Below are positions 12,695 through 26,400 of a DNA stretch of 64,000 nt, piece by piece. The stretch covers positions 6,801,082 through 6,865,081 of the forward strand of contig CM082591.2 of assembly GCA_040954595.2 (NCBI GenBank), read 5' to 3'. The notes beneath the pieces are model-generated. The model ran no database searches. It saw only the letters and a program-made list of their open reading frames with translations, and had not been told where the DNA came from. The DNA is from Balanoglossus misakiensis (lineage: Eukaryota; Animalia; Hemichordata). Numbering within the stretch: the stretch's first letter is position 1; each line of letters starts with the position of its first letter. The position numbers were made by a program, and so were the translations under genes.

Positions 12695-13156
12695 AATTGC
12701 TTCAAGGAAGTGTTACCTTGGCGATGAAAAGAAAAAATGGCATAAGTACTTTTCCTCAAGAACATATTCGTTGTTGTTATTCTTTGTCAACCAATATTAA
12801 ACGTTAACCCCTGGATGTGATCCAAAGAATATAAAAATACCTCGGTGAGTAAAACCAATATAAATCGGCTGTTTCTTATGACAGACATTCATCATTACAC
12901 TTGCTTACAACATGAAAATACAGCCAGACATGATTGCTTCAAGGAAGTGTTACTTTGACGATGAAAAGAAAAATTGGCCTAAACGCTTTTCCTCAAGAAC
13001 CATTTTCTTGTTGCCCGCCATTATCACCCGTTAACCCTTGGATCTGATCCAAAAAAGATAAACGTACCTGGGCGTGATAGAACCCTATATAAATCCGCTG
13101 TTTTTCACAACAGACGTTCATTTTACACTTGCCCACAAGATGAAAGTACATCCAGA
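12695..13156 (+). promoter_or_regulatory. Tandemly duplicated (~230 bp) core promoter and start of the CILP-like gene; TATA-like boxes at ~12858 and 13086
   Basis: Two diverged direct repeats each begin ATTGCTTCAAGGAAGTGTTAC, contain (A/T)ATATAAATC and end ATGAAA(A/G)TACA(G/T)CCAGA. Confidence 0.75.
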
Positions 13157-16100
13157 GTCTGAAATGGACTATTTCGAGACCGTCCCTGAAAGCTCACCAA
13201 AGACACCGCCAAATCAACTGGTAAAGAAAGTTGTGATTGCTGTCGCTGTGGTCACATCCTTGGCTGTGGTGTCTGTCATCATTAGCACTGTGTATCTGTT
13301 GCTCTACAGACAAGAAGGTAAAAAACTTCGTTTCATGTGTTGACAATTTTTGATAAGACTACAACACTGAGCTGGAGCATTAGCTTAGCAATTGTAATGT
13401 TCAGAAAACTGCTTAGAATTCCTCTGTTAAATGCCTTAAAATGACTCCGCGTGTGTTACCTGTATGCATTTGGTCAAATTCATCTCCGAGTTATCGAAGA
13501 CGACTCAGAAACTCCCGCAAAAAAAGCATATTTCCAAAATGCTGAATATTATGTGGTTAGTTTAGTCAAGACAGCAAACTGTACACGTTTTAAGTTTTAA
13601 AAAATATGTTGTTGTACTAAGTTATTCAAATGAACGTAACTTTGAAATTAGACGTCACTTTCTAAAAGTTAATATCTCAGTAGAAACAAGAGCATACATA
13701 AAGACGCGAACATTTCGTTTAACTTTATACCTACTCTCGTTCAACTTGAAATACGAGGTTCTGAAATTATTGACAATCGCAGTCAACTTCGTATATTTCT
13801 TCTTTGACGAATTTATCGGCAAAAATATTTGAAATCTGCAGAGTTGTATGCTAATTTGCATGAAAAATAACGCCTTTTGGATATGTCAACATTTGTTGAA
13901 AGAAAGATTTTTCATGGTCGATTATATGTTTCACGAAGCCGCGCTTCCTGTACTAGGTGTCAACATGAGACAAAACCAACTTGTCTCAATGTGTGAAATT
14001 TTGCGCAAATAGCCCTGAATTAAACTACAGTGCTACCCGAAATTCAAAACACACAGAATTCCATTCACATTTGTAAGTTTTCGTGATTAGTCTGTTTTCA
14101 TATTTCAGGTACTGACCAAGCGATATCACATGCCTCAACGACCGCAGTCAATTCAGTATTAACGACACAGAGAAGCCAAATCAGACCACCATATGTAAAA
14201 GGTGTGTATGGATAGATTTGTTCTCCGTACCCTAATCAATTGGGTATTTTCGTCTGAAGTGCACGTGCGAGTTTTTTTTGTTTGTAATGTACCGTTAGCA
14301 TTGTTTCCACTGTTTTGGGAGACCATGTCAACCAATTAATGTTATATCAAAGCAACTTCGAATTGTGATGAAAAACAGTGACGCATTGTTTGTCGCGATA
14401 TGTAGTCTAACAAAGTAACAGCCACACCCACCCACGGGGGGGGGGGGGATTGGCAGGTTTTCCAATACAGCATTTACTGGGTTAATGTACATGTGTTATG
14501 AACCATGGGGAATAGGCACAATGCCAAACTTCCAACCAATGTGGTGTGGGAGATATAGTTTTGCAATAGATGTCTCTGCTGGCCAAGCATTGTTTATCAA
14601 CTGACGACAGGGATTTATTCAGGGAGAGTAGACAAATATAAATATGATAGACACTATGATAGACACATTTTTTGTTGTCTACCTGCTTTTTTCTGCTTCT
14701 GTATGATTCTAACCCTCCTCGCGCTGACTTGACTATACTTGCGTATAGTCATTATACGCGCGATAAAATGTGCCCTCTTTTGGTGTATTTATGCTACCGC
14801 ATGACCTCCTAATCTAAGTTGTCATAATGACAGGGGGTGGACAGCTGAGTGCAATGTGAACCTCGCGGTGCCTGGTACATCATGAATATTCATATATTCA
14901 GGTGGGCATGTTATTGCATAAGCATCTGTGTCACTACAGATAACAAGCATGTACATGTACCTTCACCTTGCAGTACTGGGAGCTGCTACGCATTACAATA
15001 AATAATATATGGCGGAGTTCCGATCTGCATTTTTCTCAATAAACACTACTTGCTGAACAATCTCTTGGCCCTGCTAATCTGCTATTCCAGAAAACAGTCG
15101 TTACTGGTATACCCAGTAACGACTGATAGATATTTACTTTATCAACTTAATTCGTGGAGGTGCTTCGTGGGAAATTCGATGGCTTGTGTTCCGGGACTAC
15201 GGGTAACACAGTAACATAAACAAATACATGTACAGAGATTGTTCAGCAAGTAATGTTTATTGAAAAAAAATGCAGATCGGAACTCCGCCATTTATTACTC
15301 ATTGTAATATTGACAGCTCCCTGTGCTTGCAGTGTCTGTGAGAGTCTCCCATAAAGTTTAAGTGGAAATAGCCACGGAGAAGTATGTACATATACTTTGC
15401 ACTATAATCTTATGGTAGTAACTGTCTACGCTGTCTCGTTACAAGCACAGACAAAGAGAAAAAACAGATGTCTTGTCCACCTCGGCAAACAACGGCAAAC
15501 AATAGGCTTCAAATGTGTCAAATGTGTTAGACACTGTGGAGACTTCCCAGAATACTTTGCGGTTGCGTCATTATCGACAGCTGCAGTACCTTGCCTGACA
15601 CAGCTTTGCACTCAGGACTCGACTGAAACACTACTTCACGACGACCACGATTTACACTTGATTTACACGTTAGAAGTAGAATTTGCATCTACAACCCATG
15701 CAGGTTTACAGAACACGATTCGGCGAACAGGAATCCATTCCAAAAAATCGAGATTGATGATTAAACCTTTTCAAATTTACGATCGACCACACTTATTATA
15801 TATTCATATTTTTTTATTGAAATGGTCAAACTCACCTCTCCGATACTCAAACTTCCTCAAATTTTCGCTGTCCACTCGCCTCCGTCTACAGCTGATTGAT
15901 AACAACAACACGAACTTTCATGAAAACACTTTCGTTTTATTATCGGGAAAATTCCGGACATTGCCGAATGGGATACGTTCGGGAATCTTCGGGCAAGCCG
16001 TACCTCGAAGGCGACAGCCGAGTCACACACAGGGAATTAGGGCATGTACTTAACACCTTTTGACAATAGCGTTGCGAGTCTGTCTTTTCTCTTTGTCTGT

Positions 16101-19100
16101 GGCTGGACTGAACTTCCCCTTTAAATTGGCGATGTCCGATCCATTTTATATCATTCACATGTCTCCGTTCGCGCCCTCCCTGCCGTCGGGCGCTTCCGCC
16201 GTACAACCTCCTCAGATTAACCAGTTCTTGTCATTCGAATATAGAACATGTGTACCATTGCTAATCGAAATCGCATCAGCCGTTCTTGAGTTACACACAC
16301 ACACAGAAATGGTGACGACATTACTGATTACTTCGTTATTACGCGAGGTAAAAATGAAGTAGGGTACAGTAGAATGAAAATGGTGTGCTATTTAATGCGT
16401 CAGTGAGAGAGAAAGAGTGATGTGTGTACAATTTTCTTTTGCCAAATTGTGGTCACAGGGCAGAGTTGTTATGTTGGATATTGTTTTATTTCTCTTTGTT
16501 TGTTTGTTTGAATATTCTGCCAGTACCTACATTGACTGAATATTATATTTTGCAGGTGACGCTGGATGGGTGACATGGGGTTCATGGTCAGCATGTGATG
16601 CAACTTGTGGAGGCGGAATCCAAACTCGTTCCCGTGAATGTTATTCTGTGGATGAAACAATGACATGCGTTGGAAGCCCGGTACAGACAAAGTCATGTGG
16701 TGAATGGAATTGTCCTGGTAAGTTAATGGTTCGTCGACAAATGCATGCTGGACGAATATGTATTTGTGTCATTTCAGTGATGTAGCAGAGATGTACCATA
16801 GACACCATTGGATAGAAATTATTACATTGTGTATCTTTCTAAAGGCATAAATTTAGACCGGGTGGTATATTTTGAAACCAACCAATTTGATTGGAATTTA
16901 TGTCAAATTGGCTAATTGTTACATTGAGATACATATACTTCTTTCCCCCACGCATAGAGCTGTGCTTTGCTATCAAAATATATTTTGGAGACTGCATACA
17001 AAAATGTGTCAACTATCTGTAGAACAAACCGTTCTAATTACAAACACCTTGAATAGTTTATAACCATCTATGCGAATTCATTGACAAATTGTGGTCCCTG
17101 GATATCCCGTTACTATTGGCAGATTGTTCGAATACTTGTGACACTGGTGAACTGGATGACGAGTGTTTGTTTTGCATTTGTGAAGACGATGTAGTGGAAG
17201 GTTATGTCAGGGACGTCTTTGGTGCACCTATAAGTGACGCTGACATCTACAGAGCGGAACTTCCGATCAACGCAGTCGGACAGTCAGACAGCCAGGGCTA
17301 CTTTATACTGAAAAGCGTATGTGCAAGTTACTATTCACTCCTAGTGAGAAATGATGAGTTTCTTGCAAAGGAGGTGAATGACGTTATCGGAAGAAGGAAG
17401 CGTGCCGTGAGAAATGTAACGTTGGATATTAGAATGGAAAAACTCGGTAAGTGTTAAAGTACACTGTCACATATGCAAATTTAGCCACGGTTACCATGAC
17501 AACTTGAGATGTGGTCAATGCGATGTTCATGAGTTGGCCACTATGGATAATTAGAGGTAGTTTTATACCTTTCAAGGGTTTTTAAGTCTTGAAAAGTTAT
17601 GAAGAATTTTGCCTTTAATGTCAGGTGACAAACTATGTAGTTTGTTTGCATTTCAGCACCTCCTGTGATAACCCGACATCCCCAGTCTAAGGTTCGACGA
17701 GTTGGAGAGAGTGTTACATTTTGCTGTGAAGCCAGTGGTACACCTACCCCAAATCAATATGAATGGTAAGACCCAGACAGAATAAAACATTTGCTTATAT
17801 AATTTGTCTGTAATGGTAGGAATGATTTTATATTCAATCCAGTCGTCTCCAAACTGCACGATCGCACAATGGACCATTTTCTTAACTCCACGAGACCGTG
17901 CGAGATCTCGCAACATAAAGGAGGACATTTCCATGTCACACATGACAAACAGCACTCTGTGCTCTCATCTAAGCCGGGTGGTTTGCTTTGTGTTCTTCCC
18001 AACTTCGAGGATAATTTTATTTTAGCCGAGTTAAAATAATACATGTTACTGGGGGCAAGTATGTTTGACAAAATTGTCTTCTTTAACGTGTGGGTTTTTT
18101 CGCCGAGTATTTTCATTAACTGATGCCAAACGTACACGACATCATGAAATGCCTGCTTATCGCCGTGACATTATTCCAATATTGAATATAAAACTTTGAA
18201 TTCCACGTAGAATGTGCAACATAGTTACTATTTTAAGGTATTACGCACCTTAGAAACAAATTCTAAACTTGCCCAATATTCCGCCCAAAGCAACTTTATA
18301 TAATTATTCATCATTTTTGGAATAAAAAAGGTTGAGAACGGTTCACAGAAAACAAGGAATTTGATTAATGTCAATGTAATTTCATACAATTCTGTAGATG
18401 TATACGATAATTCTAGATATGTTCACCATGAAGAAGTTTAAAACGGGCGTCAATATCAATATGATTTTTTTTCACTCATTGCCAATACCACTGCCGATAG
18501 ATAATAGTTTAATATGAGTCTCTCTCTTAATTTTTTCCACCTATCAAGGTTCAAGGATAATGATGTGCTGGATGGCTATGAGGGAAACAGCTTAACATTA
18601 GATGCGCTGCAGATATCTGACGCTGGTTCCTATAAATGCAGATCGAACAGTGAAGCCGGCGCTCAATACTCAGAACAGGCTACCTTGACCTTATATGGTA
18701 AATTTTTGCATCTAACTTTCTTGCATCCTTGCGTTGATATAGTTTATGTATGTATTAATACAATGCACTGACTATATCGTGGTGGACAGATTTATTTACT
18801 GATCGAAAGTTAATCACGACTACTTTTTTTGTCGGAGAAGTTAAAATGCTGATAAATTCACGACGCTTCATGATTAATGTTTAGTGCAGCAACAACACTT
18901 CCGCGTGAAATGCGGAGTTTCTCGTTTATTTCTGGCATCTTGTTAGCCCTACAATGTATATGTATCATAACTGATTGAAAATTACCTAAACATTCCTTTT
19001 TAGAAACAACCGACACTTGGTGTGCATCTGATCCTCTTCGACACTTGCTCAAACTACCGTCGGAATGCATTGAGACTAGTGGATCAGAATACTACAATAT

Positions 19101-21312
19101 TGGTAAGTGTTCAAGACAGAAATGTCCCGTGGCTATGTCAAATAGCACTGCATGCACTGATGAAGAGGAGCAGTGTTGTATGGCGACCTCCACTAGGTTA
19201 GACAGAGTTCCGTGCGATTTCTTCAATTTGACGGTTGAAGTGGTGACGGGTTGTGGCTGTGCAGCATGCGGTCAACAAACAATAAATGTACGGGGGCGAG
19301 CTTTCGGAGCTGGGAGCAATTCACACATCCCGCTAATTACCGGGTTCATCTACGCCGGCGGTCAAGAGGTTGGCCGTACAAATGGTAATGGCGAATTCAG
19401 TTTTGAAATGCCCAAAGGAACAAAGAAATTAGCGCTGACTTTCGTCGATCAGTGGGACTACTTTGCAGAAACCGTGAAGGTGGAGCCATTGAGCGAAGAA
19501 CTCACGTATGTTTATCTGACTGTGCTGCTGCAGCAAAAAGGTGATACAGTAACGGTGAGAGGTGACGAGACCTCGGCTATTTTCCTGGGAAATAAGACCG
19601 AAGACGATATAAAGGTTGAATTAGAGATACCAGAGCAGTCATTTCACAAAGAAGACGGTAGCTTGTACACAGGGGAAGTACAAGCCGGAGTTACATTTTA
19701 CGATCCAGTCGATCAATCGGTTGTTGATGTCATGCCGAGCGAACTTACGACAAGAGACGTAGAGGGCAACGCTCAAGCACTTCGAACCTACGGAATGTTT
19801 TCAATGAATTTCAAGGATGAAGATGGCAACGCTCTTCGTGTGGATAACCCGTTACAGATATACATTGACCCTGTACAGTCTGGTATTGACGTAGATGACG
19901 TCGATGAAAATGGGAAATCCCGCACTCGATTGTGGGCATTGAACAAGAACAGCGGCGAATGGGAAGACATAGGCGGTCTGGAAATTGCGAAGACAAGGCG
20001 ACGCAAACGATCCACGGAAGAGTTATGGATAGGAAACATTAAAGTGACTGGGTATGATTTGAATACGATCAATCTTGATAAGCCACAAGATGATATCGAA
20101 CTTTGTTATCTTAATGTCCGCGTTTTCGAGGATCCTACTTTACAAGATGTCATTGAAAATGCCGCGGTGACAGTTGTTAGTGTAGATTCGACCGATAGTA
20201 GGCGATCGGGTCAGGTGTATTACTTCAATAAGGGCGTATCGAGCAAAGATGGCAGTGTTTGTTTGCAAACTTTCTGTGACCGAGTTGGCAACTATAGTGT
20301 TCGTGTACAGGTGCAACACAAGGATGAAATCTTAGCGCCAATTCATCCAAATAATGTCACGGTATCAAAACACCCCGCAGAATGGCCAGAAGACCTACTG
20401 GAGTCGTACAACATTGAACAAGAAAATGGAACACATGTATCAGTCATGACAGCTTTAACTCCTCAGATGGCCTACAGCGACAACTCCCATGACTGGGCCT
20501 ACGATTATTATGGCTATGAGAGGTTGTTGGACCAAGAAGACCATGGACCCTTGTACTGGCAGTGGAGAGATGACTGGGCAGCAATGCGGAAATGTCAAAC
20601 TGCCACATATTCTGAGAATTACATGGTTTTTACTGGGAAAAGGTTCAATGATACAACAACACGTCTGGACAAAGTTGATGACCCCCGTGCTCCAATGTCA
20701 TGGTTTCCATTTGAGGGAGACAATAAGAAGGCGTGTTTCATCAAAATCTTAGTGACTCATGCCATCAGTTCAGATGAAGGCCTATTTCAGGTTTTGAGTT
20801 ATGGTGGTGGTGAGGTTGTCGAAGAGGTTAAAGAGGAGCTGTTTGGGTATAGAATCAATAATTCGATAAAAACATCTGGTGAAAACTCTTCAGCGACATG
20901 CATTGAATTTAAGTGCAGCGGTCCAGTGAGGACAGGAAACCCTCAAACTGACTCTACTCTACCAAAGGCCTTTGGCAAAACCATCGGCACAGACCAAACC
21001 GTCCTGAAGATCATTCCCCGAAGCAGGAATTGTCACCTGAAAGGTGGAGGGGAACACATAAGACCTGGTTTGGATTCCTACCTTGACTCAAACAATGTGA
21101 AACATAAATTAAAGTATAATACCGAGTCAGTGATCGAATTTCAAGTTCCTGCCGGCAACAGTAACGGTTTCAACACCGGCTTGTTTATTGGCTCTCACGA
21201 AAACGCTTACAGCATCGGCCTTAAAAACTGTGATGCTGGCGATGACAGCGGATCTACTCTACCTGCTGATCCTGCTGAAAAGGGATGGGCCTTCCATTAC
21301 GAATGTACCTAA
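13140..21312 (+). CDS. CILP: Cartilage intermediate layer protein (CILP)-like protein, ~1107 aa. Order: N-terminal hydrophobic anchor, TSP1 repeat, carboxypeptidase-regulatory-like domain, Ig domain, Cys-rich region, furin site, CILP C-terminal region.
   Basis: Exons 13140-13317, 14109-14201, 16556-16717, 17123-17446, 17657-17765, 18549-18697 and 19004-21312 are all GT-AG and phase-compatible (3324 nt). Motifs: TSP1 WVTWGSWSACDATCGGGIQTRSREC; Ig VRRVGESVTFCCEASGTPTPNQYEWFKD...DAGSYKC; CILP-type LRTYGMFSMNF and LWALN..SGEWE; RRRKR furin site. Exons 1-2 are the least certain. Confidence 0.88.
14975..15326. mobile_element. MITE with ~90-bp TIRs in CILP intron 2
   Basis: ATGGCGGAGTTCCGATCTGCATTTTT..CAATAAACA..ACTTGCTGAACAATCTCT at ~15009-15065 and its reverse complement at ~15234-15291. 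Confidence 0.75.
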
Positions 21313-22509
21313 ATGTCTCTTGAATCAGGTCAGGATTATCGAATGTCCTCTCTCCATTTTCACATATTTACTGCGTCGCATTTAGCAGAAATTTGAAATC
21401 GTATCTGACGCGAGAAATTAGTAACCTCAGGCTGTATAGCGGGGAAATGTTACTTTTAGTCCAGCGCGACAAGCTTTTTCTTTGTGATTTCTCTATCAAT
21501 CTTGGTTGCTGGACTGTGATAAGGCCTGCCATGGTTTCCACATCAATTAAATGCAGGATGATTAACTTCTTTCGCTGGCTGATACGATAAGCATTTATTA
21601 CCAGGAAATTCGACCTACATACCACGGAGTGACCGCGAACACTACTTAACTTTTTGCTTTTATCTTGCAACCAAAGTAGTCAACCACAATGTAGATCGAT
21701 CAGACGTGCTCTTAGCATTGTTTCTAATTTGAAGGGGATAAAGTATTTCTATACTGGTCATATTTTCCGCATGCATGAGTGAAAGTTTCGAATGAATGAA
21801 TTGTGACCATAGCGATTGATTATATGGTAACCAAGGACAACATTACACAAGACTATATAGTTTGGATAACATAGCCAACTAATGCTTCCGTGTGATTTTG
21901 AATATATACATTCATCTATAAACACGGTTTCACAATTGTCAAGCATTGCCTATGCAGTGCAAGTCTATCTCTGATCAAGAGTTATGCATCGCAGTACATA
22001 AACTTAATTCGTAATATACAAAACTAAACAAAGGCTGAACTAACAAATCTGAACACTTCGAACTTGTTTTAAAAATGCTATTGTAGGCACAGAATTTCAA
22101 TGTAAACTTTGCTGACATAATGTAAAATTTTCCTTTCAATGTTTACAACAGAGAGTTATTGAGTGCGAGCATAGATTTCTCGCTTGGTTGTCCACTGTTT
22201 GTTAAAAACTTACTGGACGGTTCGATAGGCTACATCAGTTTGTTTTCTCAGATACCATTAATCAGTCTCGAATAAATGAAATTTCTAAACATCAACTTTT
22301 TCTTCTTATTATTATTCGAGGAAATATGAGAGAGAGAGAGAGAGGGGGGGGGGGAACAGACAGACAATTTGCGTCCACCCCTTCTGATATTGTGATCCTC
22401 CATAAACAGTCTGTGGATGTTCCAAACATTGATTTTGAAGAGCGCCACCGCGGAAGGTCGGAAAGGTCAAATGGAGGTCACATGTACATAGCTGTCCTAG
22501 TCCTAGGTC

Positions 22510-22616
22510 GTCGGACCCGGAAGTGGTGTTTGACAACGTTGTCGTCGAAAATGCGGATAAGATTTGGATGAGGCGTCTGTCTGCTACTACTCTGTGAACC
22601 TTGGGTCAGTTGAAAG
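22510..22616 (+). promoter_or_regulatory. Probable promoter and non-coding first exon of the DDO-like gene
   Basis: CpG-rich patch with an ETS motif CCGGAAGTG at ~22517 and a candidate donor GAAAG|GTGATT. The ATG exon has an acceptor CCCCAG at 23458, 9 nt before the ATG. Confidence 0.5.
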
Positions 22617-23467
22617 GTGATTAGAAATCGTATAAATCCACTTTGTTTCAGATTTATGATTGTGGAGTACTGCAGCAGCCTATGACAACCAGCTGGCCGG
22701 GTGGGGGATGGGCAGCCTGAGGTGTCAGCTAAGCCCTGCTTACAGGTCTGTGTTCACGTAGACTAAGACCTGTACGCAGGGCTAGGGGTGTTGGCTGAAT
22801 TATGGGTTATTTCTTAGTGATATAGGTAGGGGTACGTGGCAGAGGATTTGGGGTAAAATAATAACAATGTTACTGCTGAACTCATCAACTGGCCTTGTAT
22901 CTTAGAGTCCAAGTATGGTTGTGAATGCTGCCCAACCAACAATATCGTTGATATTTGAGTAGAAGCATCGACTGGTGGATCAGCATCACTCATCTATGGA
23001 CGGCAATGCGAGTGCGTGTATAAATTGTAAAATTTGTGCAAAAAAAAAAGGATTGTACTGGGCAATTCTCCTAAGTGAGCGATGAAAATCTCACATGGTC
23101 GACACAATTTCAAGATGGCCGATTTTTGCCATGTTTAAGAAATGGGAGTTCATAAGCTCAAGTGACGATGGGTCATTCTGAAACTTATTAACAGAAAAAA
23201 TAACAAAATGTGAAAAAAAGTTTAATATATCTAACTACAAAGACAGACATGTTTGACCAAAGGAAGTCATGAAATACAGTAAACATATCATTTCTTCTAT
23301 CTCTTACTACTGTGGGTTGTCGACAGAATGCAATGTGATTTGACCCCCTAGCGCAAAGTGAAAACCTATTTAAGGCAGCCAGAAACTCACAATTAATGTA
23401 CAAAATCTGCCTTTTTTTCTGGAATATCATCAGTGATTATGTCTTCTTTTGACCCCAGCATTTTGAG

Positions 23468-26400
23468 ATGGTGTACAGCATCTGTATTGTTGGGGCTGGT
23501 GTGATCGGTGTCTCTACTGGAGTTTGCATCCAGGAGCGCGTCCCAGATGCGACGGTTACCATAGTTGCGGACAAGTTTACACCGGACACCACCAGTGATG
23601 GATCAGGAGGATTGTGGGAACCGCACGCTTTAGGAGAAACACCAGTTCATCTCATGCAGTGAGTAAAGATGAGGCTTCGTTCTTCAACATTTTTTCATTC
23701 TTAATTAACCCTTTCACCAACATGGTTCAGTCCAAACCCATTGTTTTCTATGGTAAGGTTGGACCAAATCTGATTGGGTTGGACCTCTATAGAGGGAACT
23801 GGGGGTGAAAGGGAAAATTTCCATATTCCAAATACCCAGCATTAAAATACCTTATAAACACAATATGTACAGTCAGCATCGTTATTGTACACAATTTGAA
23901 TAGAGTCCGAACTAGAATTCATTTCTCAACAATAGCAATGACCGTTACACCTACATGCTATGTTGACAGGTGCAATATTGGGTATATTAGCATGTTGTTT
24001 GGCGTAGAGCAAGAAAATGCATTTGGTATACAGAATAAAAATGCTGAAAATAAATGTCCCCGGAATGACCTTGGGAGAGTGCATAGTGACCTATCTCAAT
24101 CTAATATCACTTTCATTTTCTCTTCACATTGTTTCATTTGTTAAGGCAGTGGAGTGATGGAACATTCAAGTATCTAGCACACCTGTTACATCGTGTAGAT
24201 GCAAATGAGGCCGGAGTACACCTGGCATCTGGATATCATGTGTTTAAGGAACCTGTCAAGGTAAATTATTTGTCAGCATTTTTTAGGCTGCATTACAGTT
24301 GAACAAATATAGCAAGGGTTAGAGTTGATGATTTGTTTTCCCTTTCGCGGGTTTTGTTGGAGTATTATCCCTCTCACCTCCATGGTTCAGCCCAAACCCA
24401 TTGTTTTTTATGGTAAGGTTGGACCTCTAAAGATGGAACTAGGGGTGAAAGGGTTAAAGGGTGACAATCGTCTTATGCACATGTGCCAAACCAGAGACTC
24501 TGGTTACAAAACTTGTATACACAGTCAATGCCATAAGGCAGTGTGCTGTCCTAACAACAGACAAGATGGCGGCGACCATAGTCTGTGTCGGAGATCGGGA
24601 AAAGACAGCAAATTGGGTGAATAGAAGGGACAAAAGTAGAGTCTACTTATACGGTGTGCATGAAATATGGATGGAAGCGTAGGTAGTCCACTATTGGAAT
24701 GCGTTGAACGCAAAATTTGCAGAACATGTGGATTGCACTCCTAATGCTATAGTTTGCCTATGGTGAAAATATCTGAACAGCTCTATCAAAAAATCAAGCA
24801 TGGTGACGTAGTGTTTTCTTTATATCATTTTATTATACACCTCTTTTTGCACCTTTTGTCAAAATTTCACGAAAATGACAATATTTTACCACTGGAATGT
24901 GATAACCATGCACTGCATCTCGGTAGCCATTTACCTTAATCATTCACATTGTCAATACACAAAATGAACAGGTGGTCAAAGTCACACATTCTACTCATTG
25001 TGTTTTGACATATGTGACCTTATATTGTAATTCATGTAAGTTCAGTATTTGCTTTTCTATTATTTAAGTGACCAGCCCGTTATCAACACCAGCGTTCACG
25101 TACAGAATTGTTGATAACATTTCTTTCTTCATATCTGAAACTCGTCTTTTTTTTCAATTATGAGAAGTAGATAGTCATATTTGCCCTGGGTGTATGTTAT
25201 AAACTTTTTCCCCAAGGTGATCCAGTTGCCAGGCAACATACAATTGTAAAGTGCACACTAAATCACAAAGTTAGTAAATCAAACACATATACATGTACAT
25301 GTACAGTTTTTTTTATTGCGTAGCTTGCTGTCTCTAGAAACTAGAAAGTTCACATTTGAGACAATGATTACACAGCAGTTTAAATGAGGATCATCAACTT
25401 AGAAATTTACAACACGGGGCTTAAAGGATGTACGTTCAGTAAAATTGAAAGCACAGTCAATTTTTTTTAATTGTGAATTTTTGGATTCTCTTTTGTATGT
25501 ATAATGAAAATCCGCAATAAAATATAGGGGTCACCACGCTTGTTTTTGAAATACAGAGCCATGAATTTAGTCTTTACTGTAGGACACAATGGGTTTGGAC
25601 CAAATTGTGCTTATAGGCTGAAAAAAGTTTCTGTGCATTTGTCCTTGATGAATTTTCTTTGTTGATAACAGGATCCAGACTGGGCTGGTAGTGTCTATGG
25701 ATTCAGGACTATATCAGAAAAAGATGAAGAACTGAAAATGTTTCCAGGTTATAAGTATGTAATAAATCATCATACATGTATATTTGTACTTTTACATTAG
25801 TAAAGATTCAAAACAAAACTGTTATATTTTTGCAATTTTAAATTTTAAATTAGAGGGCAAACATTTCAAACTTTAAATTATTTGTCTTCAAATTTAGAGA
25901 AGCTCTATTTTTTCCACCTGAGACAAAATTTTGTTCCTTGTTGTTAGTGTCCACACAGTAAGGATTTTCAAATTGTAAGTCTGGACTTTTCAGTGATATG
26001 CAAAAATTATTAAGAAATTTACAGATAATTTCACTGCATGTTTGATGGTCTCAGCGACATGGAGAGAGGTATAGACAGACAGGCAGATAGACAGATTGAC
26101 AGTGAGTGGCACAAACTGACAACAGCTGCTGATCTCTTCTGTGGAAAGTCAAGGTCACATTGTCCTTGGAAAAAGTGAAAAAGTAACAGTCAACTGCTGA
26201 CTTGTATCAGCTATTCTATTTAAACCTTCAATTGTCAGAAAGAATGCAGTTTTTTATTATTATTTTTTTTTTATCTTTCAGGCATGGCTGGTTTTTCACA
26301 TCTATCATGTGTGAGGGACCTCGATACTTGCCATGGTTGACCAAAAGGTAAATCCCTACAGATTTGTACATGTCTTTGTCATATCTATAAAGGACATGTA

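Noticed and set aside
15397-16053. 218-aa ORF inside CILP intron 2
   Set aside because: It has a non-ATG start and no recognisable motif, and the flanking exons join in phase without it
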